Positions 35,903 through 36,666 of a DNA stretch of 36,666 nt are shown in pieces (positions within the stretch are counted from its first letter, which is position 1; every line of letters begins with the position of its first letter). Source of the DNA: Psammoneis japonica (lineage: Eukaryota); NCBI GenBank assembly GCA_008632985.1, contig QPGO01000029.1, forward strand, positions 632,874-669,539. Reading direction: 5' to 3'. The notes below the pieces were generated by a model. The model was not told the DNA's origin and ran no database searches. It worked only from the letters and a program-made list of their open reading frames with translations. Made by a program: the position numbers and the translations under genes.

Positions 35903-36666
35903 ATGAGCAATGAAACAAGCATGGGCAAAATCTACAAGAAGCGTTTTCGCCCCGACTTGTCAGAGTCTCACGCCTTTCTGGATGTAGCTGCTTCCATATC
36001 AGTGTCGACCTTTGGTGCAAGGCGTTTGCCGGAAATCAAAGGATTATGTGCTGCAGCAAAAGAGCAGCAGCAGCGGCAGCACAAGCGTGTCACAGACGAG
36101 GAATTCAAGAGTCGAGGCGGAAAATCCAACAGTAGGCACTTGAGACGACGTGCTACGAGTTACTTATCTCGCAGGAGGCATCGATATCCAAGAGCTACCA
36201 AACAGAAAGCGCAAGCGGAAAAAGTACAAAGCCTTCGTCTCGTCGGTCTCGTCGAAAGAGAGCAGCGCTTAGTCGCAACAGGACGAAGTAGGGAACCAGA
36301 CTAACACTTTCCGGTTCGTTGGCTACCCACTCACTTGTGGCATGCCAAGCGATTTTATATGAAAACCCTATGGGATGGAAAGTACCAGTCGCCCACACCA
36401 ACCGCGACCACGCGCCGCATTGCGCCTGGCTCATGAGCAAGCCTTGCTTCAGGACGTTACCTGGATGACACAAACTGTCATAGTTTCGTCTTTACAACTC
36501 GAACCGCTTTGGTGTCTTTGCATAAGATATGTCCAAGTCTTTTGCCTGCAGCACCCGGTTCGGTGTTGTCTGGCAATACTATTGGGGAAGGAGTTGTGCA
36601 CGAACCGGGTCAGTTTCCTCCTTGGCGCAATTTGGCCAGCTTCTTGGTGGATCACAGCTACTAGCA
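35903..36666 (+). CDS. POP1: RNase P/MRP subunit Pop1, 5' part with several indels; end not resolved in the window
   Basis: FGARRLPEI, RHLRRRATS and, in another frame, WLPTHLWHAKRFYM are the Pop1 N-terminal R and W motifs. Confidence 0.88.

Overview
Eukaryotic nuclear DNA, almost certainly from a diatom: gene-dense, short ~80-105 nt GT-AG introns, bipartite plastid-targeting peptides and a CoDi-type copia relic. About 18 protein genes are recognisable: SpoU-type methyltransferase, ferredoxin-thioredoxin reductase variable chain, DDX6/DHH1, RagC/D, a plastid-targeted Ycf29-like response regulator, a thylakoid FKBP, RRN3, RRP7, an ENTH protein, GPN1, an IQM-family protein, TRM6, ATP23, ubiquitin-eS31, an actin-related protein, the 5' part of POP1 and two hypothetical proteins. 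Many carry single-base losses in short base runs that look like assembly errors. Two things stand out. (1) A tRNA-Leu(UAG) gene (14644-14822, minus strand) is split in its D-arm by a 99-nt insertion with spliceosomal signals (GTCAGT...CTCAC...CAG), not a canonical 37/38 tRNA intron. (2) Three repeat-derived blocks (~1-3240, ~13070-14640, ~33950-35850) have lost almost all TpA, and to varying degrees CpG, in favour of TpG/CpA. This shows up as Tyr->Cys/His changes in the copia relic and is the reverse polarity of fungal RIP. Homology calls come from remembered family motifs, not from searches.
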